Notes under the pieces: generated by a model
What the model was told of the DNA's origin: nothing
What the model saw: only the letters and a program-made list of their open reading frames with translations
Databases searched by the model: none
Shown: positions 36,308 through 48,467 of the stretch, in pieces
Layout of the letters: each line of letters opens with the position of its first letter
How positions within the stretch are numbered: position 1 is the stretch's first letter
Position numbers and translations under genes: made by a program
NCBI GenBank assembly: GCA_963713605.1
Contig: CAVQMO010000003.1
Span: 288,001 to 352,000 of the forward strand
Reading direction: 5' to 3'
Length of the DNA: 64,000 bases
From: an uncultured Nitrososphaerales archaeon
Lineage (GTDB): Archaea; Thermoproteota; Nitrososphaeria; Nitrososphaerales; Nitrososphaeraceae

Positions 36308-36778
36308 TTGGACATTATAGCTAAAAGAGGTTATGGCGGACTATATTATGCCCCCGCTTATCTAAACTCTCCATGCTTGAATGAAATAGCACTTATCAGA
36401 TTTGCGATCGATACTGGGGCAACAATTACATCTATAAGTAGTGTTGATGCAGTTTTGAATGGAATAGATTGTTCAAAGCTTCAACCTCTTTCACCTACAT
36501 TTTCTGCTACAACACCTAACATACATACTTGTTTTATTTCTGACTGCAGGTTAGCCTTTGTTTCTAATGATCAATATGGTTTATCTATGGAAAAATTAAG
36601 TCAGGTCAATGTTTTTTGTGATTCTCAGAATATTACAATTCAAAGTGTTATCGGATTAAATTTCCTTGTCAACTATCAGATCTATTTTAGCGACGACAAA
36701 ATGAGTATGTTCCTTCACAGGAAAAGGAAATCAAATACCAAGGCGCACCGAGCAGTCGAGCAGGAGCGAATACATTAG
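36308..36778 (+). CDS. retropepsin-like (clan AA) aspartyl protease
   Basis: FAIDTGATITSI and C-terminal SVIGLNFL. Confidence 0.85.
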   Translation: MDIIAKRGYGGLYYAPAYLNSPCLNEIALIRFAIDTGATITSISSVDAVLNGIDCSKLQPLSPTFSATTPNIHTCFISDCRLAFVSNDQYGLSMEKLSQVNVFCDSQNITIQSVIGLNFLVNYQIYFSDDKMSMFLHRKRKSNTKAHRAVEQERIH

Positions 36779-37569
36779 ACCGATCTATTAATTTCGTTCA
36801 CTCTGAGTGCATAAAATATGTGATAGCTAATCTGCAACCATGGGTTCTACTATTTGCGTAAGATGCGGATCAAATCTCATCCCCCATTCATATTGTGATT
36901 TATGTCACGACGTGTTATGTTTTACATGTTCATCTTGTTCTATGAATACTGGAAAGAAGCTAGAGCGTATTCAAAACCAAGCCAACGAACACGTTAGGGG
37001 GTTCCAACGAAGCTAATCTATTTTGCAATTGTGGTCTTGGAAAATCTTGCCCGCCTTTCGTTCACCGTTTATTACTAGTTCAAGGCTTAGACTTGCTTAA
37101 TCTATCATTTTCCAGGCATGATGCCTTTCGTTATAGTCTAATGGTCCTTCCAATACCTGTCTAATGTTTGTTAGGTCCATTGTCTTAGCAGTTCACACAG
37201 ACGAACTTCATAACATAAGATCGAAAACATAACTTAAATAAGTCCTTAGCTAAAGTCTTTCTTTTGACATATCGAGCTATGCCAGTGCTATTGATCCACT
37301 ATTATTAGTGTGTCTGATACCAGACCTTTTTCTGTAGGATATTACTTATGAAATTCCTCACATGTTTTTATGAAATGGGTTCTCGCAATGCACACCGATC
37401 TGCACAAGGATTTAGTCTTAGGTGTTCTAAATATATGACCTTCGAACATTCAAAAAATGGATTATCGGATTCCGAATACTTTTATGTTTAGATATCCGTG
37501 CTCATCCAAAAAAAATGATTTTTATTATGCAAGTACTCAATCAAATAAGCTTGACAGCCTTCTATTCAA

Positions 37570-38385
37570 AACAAGAATGGAATAGTGTAGCTCTAGAAGT
37601 GGTGGAAGACAATCGAGAGAGGTACCGAAGGAGTTAGCAGACGGTTAGTAGAACTTGCAGTGATTAAACCAGGTTCTAGAGTTCTGGATATTGCAACAGG
37701 TATGGGAGAACCAGCTCTTACTGCTGCAAACCAAGTAGGTAAGAGTGGTCACATACTGGCGACAGATATTTCACCTCAGATGTTATCTTTTGCTAAACAA
37801 AGAGCTATCTCTTTAGGTCTACAAGATGTGATTGAATTTAAAGAAGGTGATGCAGAAACAATTGACCTACCACCTTCAACGTTTGATGCAGCACTTTGCA
37901 GGTTTGGATTGATGTTATTTCAAGACTTTAAGGCAGGTTTATCTAATATTTACGGGTCATTAGTAGAAGGTGGTCATTTTGCGGCTGCTGTTTGGGCTTC
38001 ACCAAAGAAGGTTCCTTTCATTTTGGTACCCATGAACACCATACTGAAAGAAACAAACAGTCCGCCACCTCCGCCGGGAACCCCTGGACCTTTTAGCATG
38101 TCAGACCAAAATAGCCTTAAGAATTCCTATCTAACGTCCGGATTCAAAGATCCTGGTATCGAAAGGATGAATGTGTCTTTTGAGTTTGATTCACCTGATG
38201 ATTATACAACCTTTACAATTGAGCACGGTGGTCCTGTTCTTCAAAAAATGCTGAAAGGTCAGACAGATGAAAGAAGAAAAGAAATATTGAAAGCAATTAG
38301 TAAAGCAGCAGAAAAGTACGCTGACAATACTACAGGAAAGGTCAAATTCGAAAATGAAGCTATACTTATTGTTGGTAGAAAATGA
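37570..38385 (+). CDS. class I SAM-dependent methyltransferase, N-terminus disrupted
   Basis: VLDIATGMGEP, TDISPQML, GDAE, FDAALCRFGLM; upstream KQEWNSVA/KWWKTIE is out of frame. Confidence 0.88.
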
Positions 38386-39272
38386 ATCAATGACTAATCT
38401 TGTCAAAGCATTAGGCTTTTGAAATCAATAGTAGATAATCCAGAAGCAAGTAGAATAACCGCTTACTTGATTCCTCCCAGTTCATTTATCGAACAAGGCG
38501 ATATTACTTTAAAAGAGAATGTTAGGTAGGATGTATTGGTTTGAGATAAGTTTTGTCGTTACAGTACGAGCGTGGTGAGCGTGGTTTATGTCATTTTTTG
38601 AAAATTTATTTTGCCTGTTATGATCCTACGCATTATGTCAAAGTTATGAATAGGGCTTCAGCAACAGGATACCTCCCTAACATTTAGACAACTTACATAT
38701 AAATAATTGACTAATAACTAAGGATAAATAGATATTGTAATCTAGTAAACGACTTGTGACGAACAACTTACGACGAAAGTTTTCAAAGACCAAGTTAATG
38801 AGAGTTTGTGTAGATTGTCTTCTAATTTATCATTTGCAAATGGGTCTACAGTTTCACCTGACTTTAGTGATTTTAGTGCATGTCAAGCAGCACCTACTGG
38901 ATCTCCCATATCATGAAGACAATCACAGAATGTAATCAGATCATATTGCTAACTAAATATCAATCCCAAAACCTCATAGTGCCGTTAGTGAAATCGAGAA
39001 ATGTTGGATGAGTGACAATTACAATGCATGCAGTTGCACTTAGACAATTTATGACCTACACAGCAATTTAGTGCCAAGTTGCTATCTATAATCGATAACA
39101 CCTAGCGATTAAAAACCTCAGTACGAAGGGGAAATTTATTAATCTTATGGGTTTTTATGTTGCTATATACGAGTTGGAAAGTGGCTTCTCACCTAGTAGA
39201 ACGTAAGTGCATAATTCGCACGATCGAAATTACGAAAAACAAACTTATTAGATATTACTGCAATGGCATTAA

Positions 39273-39653
39273 ATGTCAAAATTTCTGACCCCCGAAGACT
39301 TGCTCAATTCACAAGTGGAAGAATTCAATAAAGGAAACATTAACTTTCTGATGACACTATATGAAAAAGATGCGTGTTTTGCTTCTGAGCCAGGACAAAT
39401 TATCAATGTTCTGAATAATATACGCTTGACTCTGCAACGTTTCATTAACATGGGAGCTAGACTAGAAGCCAAAGTAAAAAGAGTAATTCATGCAAGCGAT
39501 CTTGCACTTCTAATCACAGAATGGTCAATTACTGGCACTGAACCAGCTGATATTACTCCAATTACCCTTACTGGCAGAGGCACAATTGTTCTACGACGAC
39601 AGTCGGATGGGACTTGGTTGATGGTTATTGAAAATCCTTGGGGCACAGAATAA
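39273..39653 (+). CDS. SnoaL-like/DUF4440 (NTF2-fold) protein
   Basis: FNKGNI...LYEKDA...VLRRQSDGTWLMVIENPWG. Confidence 0.88.
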   Translation: MSKFLTPEDLLNSQVEEFNKGNINFLMTLYEKDACFASEPGQIINVLNNIRLTLQRFINMGARLEAKVKRVIHASDLALLITEWSITGTEPADITPITLTGRGTIVLRRQSDGTWLMVIENPWGTE

Positions 39654-39796
39654 TACATGGTAATCAAGAACGAATCTGACTGATTAAATGACTATTCAGA
39701 AACTCGTATGTACTCCGACTGAAGAATTCTCTTCGGGTGAGTGTTCCAATATCCATATTTTGTGCTGATCCTTATTGCGTGCAAGGTCTTCAGATG

Positions 39797-40154
39797 TTAA
39801 AGGCTGAGCTGAGGGGTATTTGTCTCCGGTCTTCCAGTCTCTTCAAAGAAGTGTCCCAACTTTTTGGTAGTGATAATGTGAACTAGCATGTCGTGCGTTA
39901 GAAGGCACATGGTTGTAATTACCCGTTTTTGCTTTGATCCACTTGTAGCCTTCGTCACGTCTTGTCTCAATCCCTCTATCTCTCCAGAGATGATGATAAA
40001 ATCCTCGGTATCGGCATGAGAGTGAAGAGGAACAAAGATGCCTGGCGGGCACACAGAAATCGCTTTGTGCATCCTGAGGCGATGTCAGAAATTCCACAGT
40101 TGGTCCGAAAAGTTCGAGGACTTTGCCAGTGCTAGGATTCTTCTCAAGGCTCAT
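39797..40154 (-). pseudogene. cupin-domain protein remnant
   Basis: PPGIFVPLHSHADTEDFIIISGE and HVPSNARH in different frames. Confidence 0.8.
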
Positions 40155-40366
40155 GCAATCCTCTCCTTCCTAGATTTCCAAGACATTGTTGTTATGAAAC
40201 CAACCTCTATATCTATTTAGGTGCAGTTTGCAATTGAAATACAAAAAGAAATCTCATTTAGCGTATCTATGGTGGGCAGATTGCTAGGCATTAACATTTA
40301 CGAGTCCAAATAATAACAGGGAAAAAAAGTTTAGTCGCATTCACTATTTGTGAATATGCGTGCGAC

Positions 40367-40645
40367 TTATGGTGACATCGTCGGTGCGGTATAACCACTT
40401 CCTGCCATATCAGAACCAGTCATATTTCCTTCTGTAGCATTTCCTCCTCCACCTGTCATATTGTCGCCCTGTGCAAAAGCTGGGGTAATCATGGATGTTC
40501 CCACTGCTGATGTAACTAGCATCACTACAGTAGCTGATGTTATTGCGGCTGCCGCTACAAAAAATGTAGCCAGCATTTTTCCGTTTATATTCGACTTCAT
40601 CAACGTAACCAACACTTCGGACTGTATAATAGTTTTACGATTCAT
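40367..40645 (-). CDS. small secreted low-complexity protein
   Basis: Hydrophobic signal, AFAQ, then NMT/NAT sequons; poly-T downstream. Confidence 0.65.
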   Translation of the reverse strand: MNRKTIIQSEVLVTLMKSNINGKMLATFFVAAAAITSATVVMLVTSAVGTSMITPAFAQGDNMTGGGGNATEGNMTGSDMAGSGYTAPTMSP

Positions 40646-41083
40646 TCTTGTTCGTTGACGTTTTAGTTCATAAGTGTTGATAATTCCCTTATATATAATT
40701 ACTAAAAGAGGGAATTTAGTTTTTATATAAATATTCTTAAACCTGAGCGAATTACTCTATATTGCGAGTATGGCGGTCAGAATTGGCTAGTATATGCAAA
40801 AAGCCACTATTTTGGCCGCCGACAGTTATTCAATTTCAAATTGTTATCATGCATTAATATATTGGTGTGGAATTTTCGTGAATATGGATGGAGGATGGAA
40901 GGAATAATACGGACTATATCATTACTCGAATTACTATCTAGCCACCAGTATTATCCAAAAGACCTTCAGATTCTAACATGTGCGATCATTATCGTCTAGA
41001 TCATGGATATCATTGGTAGTAAGATATAACGAATCATTAATTTTGATCGTCACAAGCATTCATATGCGCTTCAGGAACTTATA

Positions 41084-41193
41084 TTTGATTATTATTGGAG
41101 TACACGAGCTCTTTACGTTAAAATAAGCAATACGTCATTTTGATTATTATTGGATACGCGAGCTCTTTACGTTAAAATAAGCAATACGTCATT
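41084..41193. repeat. ~55-bp tandem duplication
   Basis: TTTGATTATTATTGGA(G)TAC(A/G)CGAGCTCTTTACGTTAAAATAAGCAATACGTCATT twice. Confidence 0.9.
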
Positions 41194-41393
41194 CACAATA
41201 GCAAAAAGTTAAATGCAGAAGACAGTAGCTGCTCTGGAACCATGCATCGGATATCTTGTATGTCATTCAAATGAATCAGCTATCCTTCATATATCTAGAA
41301 AAGTGTAATATTTTTGAAATGCAGACAGCAGTAGCTTATTTGTAAAATCAATTATTTTCATGAACAACAAAGTTTTTGAAAATCTGTTAAGAG

Positions 41394-41585
41394 CTAAAAC
41401 AACTGCGTTCTGATCATTATTATTCCTTGTATGGGCCTGCCTGTTTTCGCAGACAGATCTTTATCATCATCTTTATATTCTATTCGCAAATAACGTTTCA
41501 TCCCATTTAACAAATTATATTTTACTTTTGAATAATTATTTGAATCATTATCTCTTGTCATAATAAAAATTGGGCGACTTGACAC
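41394..41585 (-). CDS. small hypothetical protein with a paralog at ~21100
   Basis: Shared LLxGMxRYLRxExxDDDKxL motif. Confidence 0.5.
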   Translation of the reverse strand: MSSRPIFIMTRDNDSNNYSKVKYNLLNGMKRYLRIEYKDDDKDLSAKTGRPIQGIIMIRTQLF

Positions 41586-42033
41586 CAGAAACTACTAATC
41601 GCTTGATTGAAGAAGGGGAAAAAGGCTGTCTCACAAGACATAACAATGCTATGCATCACTTTTTACGGTATAACTCAAGTAGGAGCGGCAGTAAAATGTC
41701 GTTCCTAGTTTTACCTGTGTGATCTATTGCCATAAGTACCTTAAACCGTATATTCAACATTAGTCTTACGATTCCTACAGATTAGATAGGCGACCAACAT
41801 TTGTATCCATTCTTCCACCATGGTCGTCCTACCTTTCGTAGTATACAAAAAATATTTAAAAGAGGTGTAAATTTATCTATCCTAGTCCATAATAGGACTA
41901 CTCTCACGAATGGTAGAACATAGGTAGGTGACCTATGTTTTCATCTTCACTCCTGGTCTTCTACTCCTCCTCCCTTCTTTTGGAATATGATCAAATCCCC
42001 CTTTGTGTCAAGCATTAGCCACTAAGCTTAAAG

Positions 42034-43441
42034 CTAGGCGCCGACTGTTCTGTCATCCTTTTTTCCTCTAGTCTCCGTAATTACCAAGTCTATATAATGT
42101 CTAACTTCGTTATCATCTAACATTGGAGATTCTACTGCTGTTTCTTTTTCCATAGCATCTGCGTGCTGGTGGATTAGTGTTACAAGCTTTCGCATAATCT
42201 CTGCGTTCTCTTGTGCATTACCTAAAGTATCTAGCAGAGAATACTCCTTAACATATTTTCTGGCTAATTGACGCAATTCTGCATCTTGGGCCACTGACAG
42301 CGCGACAGAGTATATTCCTAAGCTAAAGAGAAAAGAAGCAAGCACAAGAAAGGCACGTTGGATTGCTCCAAAGGGTGGATAAGAATTGTTGGTTATCCAG
42401 TTATTGGTCGTTGGAGAAATTAAAATAGTTGCCACTGCTGCCTATAATCAAATAGTTAATGATCTTAATACGAGAAGAGGTAATTTGCCGTCCAAGTGTT
42501 TTTGCTACTAAAATAAATGCATAAGCTATTACAAAATCAGCTGCAACCCATCCTGCGGTACCTATTACCCTAAAGATAAGGAACTGGGACTCCATATATA
42601 CCATTTCACTTCCAGTTGACTTTAAAAATTGAGGACCAAATACCCCAGTTAAAAAAAGTACAGGTGGTAAAATTATAATTGTCCAAAATGTTGCACTTCC
42701 TATCTGATCCTTAAAATAACGAAGGAAAAATGCAACACCAACTATTTCTGCGATAGCAATGGCAGTAACCTGAGGGACAAGAAACCCATAGAGATGAATG
42801 ATAAGTTCTATACTAGTTAATTGTCTGTGTGCCATAGAATTGCTAGCGGGGTAATTTGGATCTATAGCGGGTGGCCTTGAAACGACTAATTGCTTTATAT
42901 CAAGTGTAATGGCAACTGTCGTGCTGATGCAAAGGAGCATCGATGATACAGCAAATGCCAATATCATGATATAGTGTCGTTTGTTGGTACTCGAATTGAA
43001 CCATGACAAGAATTTGTAAGCGCGAAAACCAAGGAACAAGATGGCTACTGCACTTATTACAAGAAGTAGAATAAGCAGGTAAGTGCTATATTGAGAAAAT
43101 AACACCATTTCAACAATGATAGCTCCAAAGACGACTAAAAGTGCATAAAGAAAAATAGGTGTTGCCTTGTACAGCCTATTAAAAAACGAAGGAGCCTCAA
43201 GCTCTTTGCGCAATGCAACCATATAATGTCTAAGGGCATACAGACCTGCAAAAAATACAGTGATACTCATTGTTATAAATAATACTACACCAAAAGGAGA
43301 AGTAAGAGGCTTTCCCAAAGCGTCAAAAAAGGTGCCAAAGATTACATCGGTAAGTATTATGGCCCAAGCAATAAACGTCATCAAGTAAGTTTTTTTGTTA
43401 ATGATACTTGTAGTAACTAGCCATGACATTTTTGTCGACAC
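42034..43441 (-). CDS. polytopic membrane protein, +1 frameshift at ~42443
   Basis: ATA-G-GCA-GCA-GTG junction; many TM helices, then YPPFG...VAQDAELRQ...LLDTLGNAQ. Confidence 0.75.
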
Positions 43442-44046
43442 TTCATTATATACTCTCCTATATACGTTTTCAGCAAATTGCTGAACTGCTTATACTTTTA
43501 AAAACCAGATTTTGACCACACGGTATGCTTTATCATCAGCAATCTAATCCAAGGGTGTGCTTATTTTTTGATTCTTATTCTTGCTGCCTTTGGTCAAATA
43601 ATATCTTGCCAAGGTTCTGTCGCCTTTTCGTCGGATTCTTGTCATCGTCAGGCTGTAACATGTTGTCGGATATTTTTCTCAATGGCGGTGCTGTCATGAC
43701 TCCTCCTACTACTGGTGCGATTTTTCAGTTAGTTGATCCTGCTGGTACGATCATTCAGCCATAACTGCTGATGCCACGGCTATTACAATCGTAGTCATTT
43801 GAACCTATAAAATATTGGCATACATGGCCCAAAAACTTCTCAGAAAGAAATGTCATATTTGTTCTATCTAAAAATTGATTAGAATATTTGATGAGCGTTA
43901 CTAGTTAGAGACTAACAATCTCTCCCTCGTGATATCGTAAACGATATCATATGATCTAAAGCCATGTCATTGATGAAAAACGGTTTTCCCTAGTATGTAA
44001 TAGAAAAAATGGGATTATCTACTAGGCTACTCAAGTCAGTGGCCGG

Positions 44047-44178
44047 TCAGTCAGGTAATTTGTCTGCTACAAGTTGCCAACTATAACGCTCAGCAGCCCT
44101 CTTATTACTCTTTTCAATGAAGTCTGTGAAATTTACTCTATCCATTACTTTGTTACAATAGATACAAACCCATCTCAT
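44047..44178 (-). CDS. 43-aa CxxC protein, paralog of 31626..31793
   Basis: MRWVCIYCNKVMDRVNFTDFIEKSNKRAAERYSWQLVADKLPD. Confidence 0.55.
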   Translation of the reverse strand: MRWVCIYCNKVMDRVNFTDFIEKSNKRAAERYSWQLVADKLPD

Positions 44179-44609
44179 TTCATTACTCCGAACCTCCTCT
44201 GGTAGATTCTTCTAATACAATCCAACTATGCCCGTCAATCTCCATCGAATTCCTATACACACCGACTCCGAAGCCTATCGAACCCGTCTAACTGGCTGAC
44301 TGGCTAACCACTGGCTTCATTTTACTTCTACTTCGAGGCTATATGCGAGAGTACAAGAAGGGACAGGTTGCAATTAATCCTAAGTTCATAAAGTTAATCA
44401 CTCCATTGCGTTCAGCGGTTGACTTTAGTATTTCTACTGCCATTAGGAGATCGTCTCACTCCATTTCTTTCTAATTTGCGTCCGTCTGCTCTACAGTTGA
44501 AGTAATTGTATTAGTGATATCAAATAATAATAGAATTGCAGAATAAGAGTCATACCATAAAGTTTCTTTATTTTCTATTATAAAACATCATAAGGTTTTT
44601 ATTGAGACT

Positions 44610-45131
44610 ATGTGTGTCTTACGTATCGACAAAGGAACTTCATTTGACTATGCACAGCATAGTAGGAGTAAGAGACCACATTATGGGACCATTAGTCATG
44701 GTCAAAAGCAATCGAAATCGGATTATACAGAAGGATCATCAATTTCATCAGAATCCAGTCTAAAAAAAAGAATTATGGTAATAGACGATAACTCTGATAT
44801 TTCACTTACTCTGAAAACGGGTTTAGAAATTAATGATAAAACCTTGCGGATAGATTGTTATGATAATCCGGTAATTGCCTTAATGGAATTTAGGCCCGAT
44901 TTCTATGACCTATTACTTATTGACATTAACATGCCTGTAATGAATGGGTTTGAATTATGCCAGAAACTGTTAGAGAAGGATATCAACGTCAGAGTTTGCT
45001 TTATGACTTCTGGAGAAATAAATATGGATGCAATGAGGGAAGTACATCCATTCAAAAGTATGGGTTGTTTCATTAAGAAGCCCATTACTACAGATGCACT
45101 CGTACAACGAATTAAGGCAGAATTAGAATAG
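44610..45131 (+). CDS. stand-alone response regulator (REC)
   Basis: IMVIDD, LLLIDINMPVMNGFEL, FMTS, FIKKP. Confidence 0.92.
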   Translation: MCVLRIDKGTSFDYAQHSRSKRPHYGTISHGQKQSKSDYTEGSSISSESSLKKRIMVIDDNSDISLTLKTGLEINDKTLRIDCYDNPVIALMEFRPDFYDLLLIDINMPVMNGFELCQKLLEKDINVRVCFMTSGEINMDAMREVHPFKSMGCFIKKPITTDALVQRIKAELE

Positions 45132-45313
45132 ATGCCTCGCAAGGGGACATAGATAGTTATTTTATTTATCCTTCCTTTGTTTTTTGCGCGCAAATTTTTA
45201 ATTCTGTGATTCATTTCATTCGAAGATCGCGCAACTTTTTAAATCTTCGAATTGTCATTTTTATGAATCATGGCCTCTTTTTCTATAGCTTTTCAGATTT
45301 TGTATTACTTTCA

Positions 45314-45574
45314 TTATTCTTTATCCACGTCTTTGATAACGTGTTTACCCTTGAGTTTTTTATTCAAGTCTCTCCTTGCTAGTTCTGCCAACACTTCTTC
45401 AGTCTCTTTTTGCGTTGCAAATCCTGCCCATTCGTAACTCTTTCTTCCTTCATCCCATGTAAGATACCAAAGTCTACCTGTAGCGTCAACATACTCTGTT
45501 TTCCCTTGTAGTTTTAACTCATCTAATATTCTCTTTGGATAAATTATTTCGCCATCATCATTATCATCAGTCAT
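45314..45574 (-). CDS. hypothetical protein
   Basis: 86-aa ORF directly downstream of the TOPRIM-like remnant. Confidence 0.5.
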   Translation of the reverse strand: MTDDNDDGEIIYPKRILDELKLQGKTEYVDATGRLWYLTWDEGRKSYEWAGFATQKETEEVLAELARRDLNKKLKGKHVIKDVDKE

Positions 45575-45605
45575 TTCTTGCCTTGCCTTTAGATCTCATC
45601 TAGGA

Positions 45606-45950
45606 ACTAAATCTTATCACTTACTATCTTGATGATATCTGACTCTGGAAACTTCTCTAATACCTTCTCATGGATACCCTCATCAAAACAAGCATCTGTA
45701 TGGTCTATCAACAGTTTCTCAAATAAGTCCGGCCTAAATGCATTTAATGCATCTATATCATAGCCTCCGCCTTCATCCGATCTAGGTATACCATATTCCC
45801 TTACCTGCTGCGGTAACGCGGCTATTCTTTCAAATTTAATCCATTTTAGTATTCCAAACTCATTTAGTTGAGTTTTTATCTATTTATCCATATGCTGGCC
45901 ATATTTGTCATCATCACCAAGATACTTTAGATGTACCTTTTCTTCGCTTA
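45606..45950 (-). pseudogene. TOPRIM/Topo VI-A-like protein remnant
   Basis: VHLKYLGDDDKYGQHMDK*IKTQL...IKFERIAALPQQVREYGIP...YDIDALNAFRPDLFEKLL. Confidence 0.6.
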
Positions 45951-46647
45951 GTCTCACCAGATTTAACGTCTGTATAATACAGTTCCCCCTTTAGTTTTTG
46001 TGCATATCGACAACCCCATCCGTGGTGGGTATTCCTTGAGCCATTGCCTCCAGGAAATCACACCTTTTCATACACAGTTCGAGTCTTTCCAACAAGCGCT
46101 CTCACTTCACCTGGAGTGAACCCTACCTCCTCAGACATTACATATCTGCTAAATGTGACTTAGTTTCGAAGCATATGTTCTGCCTAACTACCTAGTAACG
46201 CATTGCCTGTTGGCCTACCATATATTTCATTGTCACTGGTTCAATAGTAACAAAGTCCTGAATGTGAAAATGATAAGATATCGCTCACGAAATCTCATTT
46301 TATTCCTGTTAACTGTGCTAAAAATTGGGTTTCATAATATGAATGGCTTCGTATCAACAGCAGCTTAAATCTAATTATATATTGGTATGTATCTATGTTT
46401 CCAGAAATTTTAAGCAGTTCCCTACTTTCTATGCCAAGGTATTTCATTAGATATTCAACAATGGTGTGGTCGTATTACATAAATCGTGTCATCGGGCTAT
46501 AACTTAAATATAACTAGTATCGGAATCGGAATTGATACTAGTTATATTTAAGAGTCTATCTTCAAATATGCCGGAAATGTATTGATAGGGTCAATCAAAA
46601 AATAAGAGAATAGATAATTTCCTTCTGATTACGATATAAACAAAAAC

Positions 46648-46893
46648 CTATGTCGTATCTGTTGAACCTGCTACTACCTCTGCGGTAGCGAATCTGCTAC
46701 CCACCGAATTAATCTTAATCTTTACGTTTTTGTCCCCGGCTTTTGCATTTTTTACAAAAATTACCAAACCTGCTATTCTCGTAACACCGTCACCTGTTCT
46801 ACCTGTGTCCGTAATATCTACTGTGTATTCTTTACCTGTTTCTACAGGTTTTGAGAAGCCACTCGTTGTTCTCGTATTCTGTCCGTAACTCAT
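46648..46893 (-). CDS. stand-alone TRAM-domain protein, copy 2
   Basis: KPVETGKEYTVDITDTGRTGDGVTRIAGLVIFVK. Confidence 0.9.
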   Translation of the reverse strand: MSYGQNTRTTSGFSKPVETGKEYTVDITDTGRTGDGVTRIAGLVIFVKNAKAGDKNVKIKINSVGSRFATAEVVAGSTDTT

Positions 46894-47803
46894 TAAAAGT
46901 CATAATTAATTAGGCATTATGATAATATGAACTATTGTATTAGTGTATTAATATCTATGCCGCTCTAATGTGTTGTACTTTCTTCTTGTCTCAATGCTAG
47001 TTAGTTTACCATAGTATTAGCCTATGTACCAAATTTCTCTAATGATCCCAATTCCATTCCGTCATCTGTCCAAGATCAATCACCCGCAAAACCAATATTA
47101 CGCAATTATTTGTCTTGTATTACGGCTTTTCGGTGTTCATCTAGAGCTTCAATACGTACTAAAAATAGCACAGCGTTTTCGCATTTCAAAGCTTCACTTG
47201 AGGGCATCTTGGTCTATTTGACATCCCTATATTTAAGCAACTCCTAAGTCAGGTTCGGGACATCGCTTTAGCCGTTGGTTTTTGATATCGATAGTTGTCT
47301 ATGTTACAATTTCACTAATCCATAAGACATGCTTTAGAATGGTTAAATGTTTTTTTGAACATCTGAATGAGAATGGCGCTCTGAACATTACTGTACATAA
47401 TTATTATCATTATTGTTATTATTGTCATAATAGCTCTAGTTTCTATTTCAATTATTCTTTGTAACACCAATTGGAACAGATTATTTTGTCGACATACTGT
47501 ATGCTAAAAAAATTGTGATGAGCTAGCGTAATTGTAATAGCCGTCATATTCGAGCCATCGGGAGACGTGTATACCTATGTTATAAAGATGTAAATACTTA
47601 TTATATCTGATGTACTGTAACTTCCAATAATGGCATACAGTATGGTATATAAGCTCATGGAAAAGAAGCTTTAGAATTAAACAAAATTGCTTTTCAGGAA
47701 CTCTTGAAAATATCTCTTAAGAATAAAAAGTAAAAAGTTGTTTTTCACCAAATATTTTCGAGACTGATTACGGTACGGTTTCCCTTTTAGTTGTTTCTTG
47801 CTA

Positions 47804-48091
47804 TTAATAGCACTGAAACTCCTCCTCTTTCCCTGCAGTCCCATCTATTAGTTTGAGAAGTGGTTCAAAAATCTTCCAAAAGTCTTCACTGCTAACACTA
47901 TTCACCGGAGCGCTGTCAGTCTTTGTATAGTTTGTTTCCAGCCAAGTTACAACTATAGTTTGTTTTTCTGATTTAAAAGAACCGCGATGTGATTGATTAG
48001 TATTATCTTGAGCTGTAGCAAATATAGTTTCATTGACCATAATTCCAATCATACCCATCACCGCTGCTATAATGCGCTTGTTCGTCAACAT
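47804..48091 (-). CDS. small secreted hypothetical protein
   Basis: Signal peptide ending FATAQ. Confidence 0.6.
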   Translation of the reverse strand: MLTNKRIIAAVMGMIGIMVNETIFATAQDNTNQSHRGSFKSEKQTIVVTWLETNYTKTDSAPVNSVSSEDFWKIFEPLLKLIDGTAGKEEEFQCY

Positions 48092-48169
48092 ACTATTTAG
48101 ATACGATCAGATAGTTATGCCCCTAGAAATGATGGCGTTCCTAATAATTCATTCAATAATACTGAGCAT

Positions 48170-48467
48170 TTAAGCTTTTACTGTACTACTTTGCAACTTA
48201 TCATATCTGAGTTTCATTACCAACAAAGTAATGTTTAGGGCAAAACCTGTAGCATTAGTTCCAATTATGACTGGGTCTGATCTGATAAAACCATATATAA
48301 CCCATAAAAACATCCCACTTGCTATAAGAATCATCAAATGAACAGACACATCAAACATTTTTTTTGTTTTGTAAGCTTTCACTCAGCTGGGGTATGAATG
48401 ATGATAGTACCAAAATACCGGCAATGGTCCCTATGATATCAGCCCATGCAGCAGAATCTTCCATCAT
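48170..48467 (-). CDS. SemiSWEET/PQ-loop transporter, +1 frameshift at ~48383
   Basis: IGTIAGILVLSSFIPQL joins KAYKTKKMFDVS...LWVIYG. Confidence 0.88.

Noticed and set aside
41084..41193. Possible mini-CRISPR
   Set aside because: Only two abutting copies with no unique spacer
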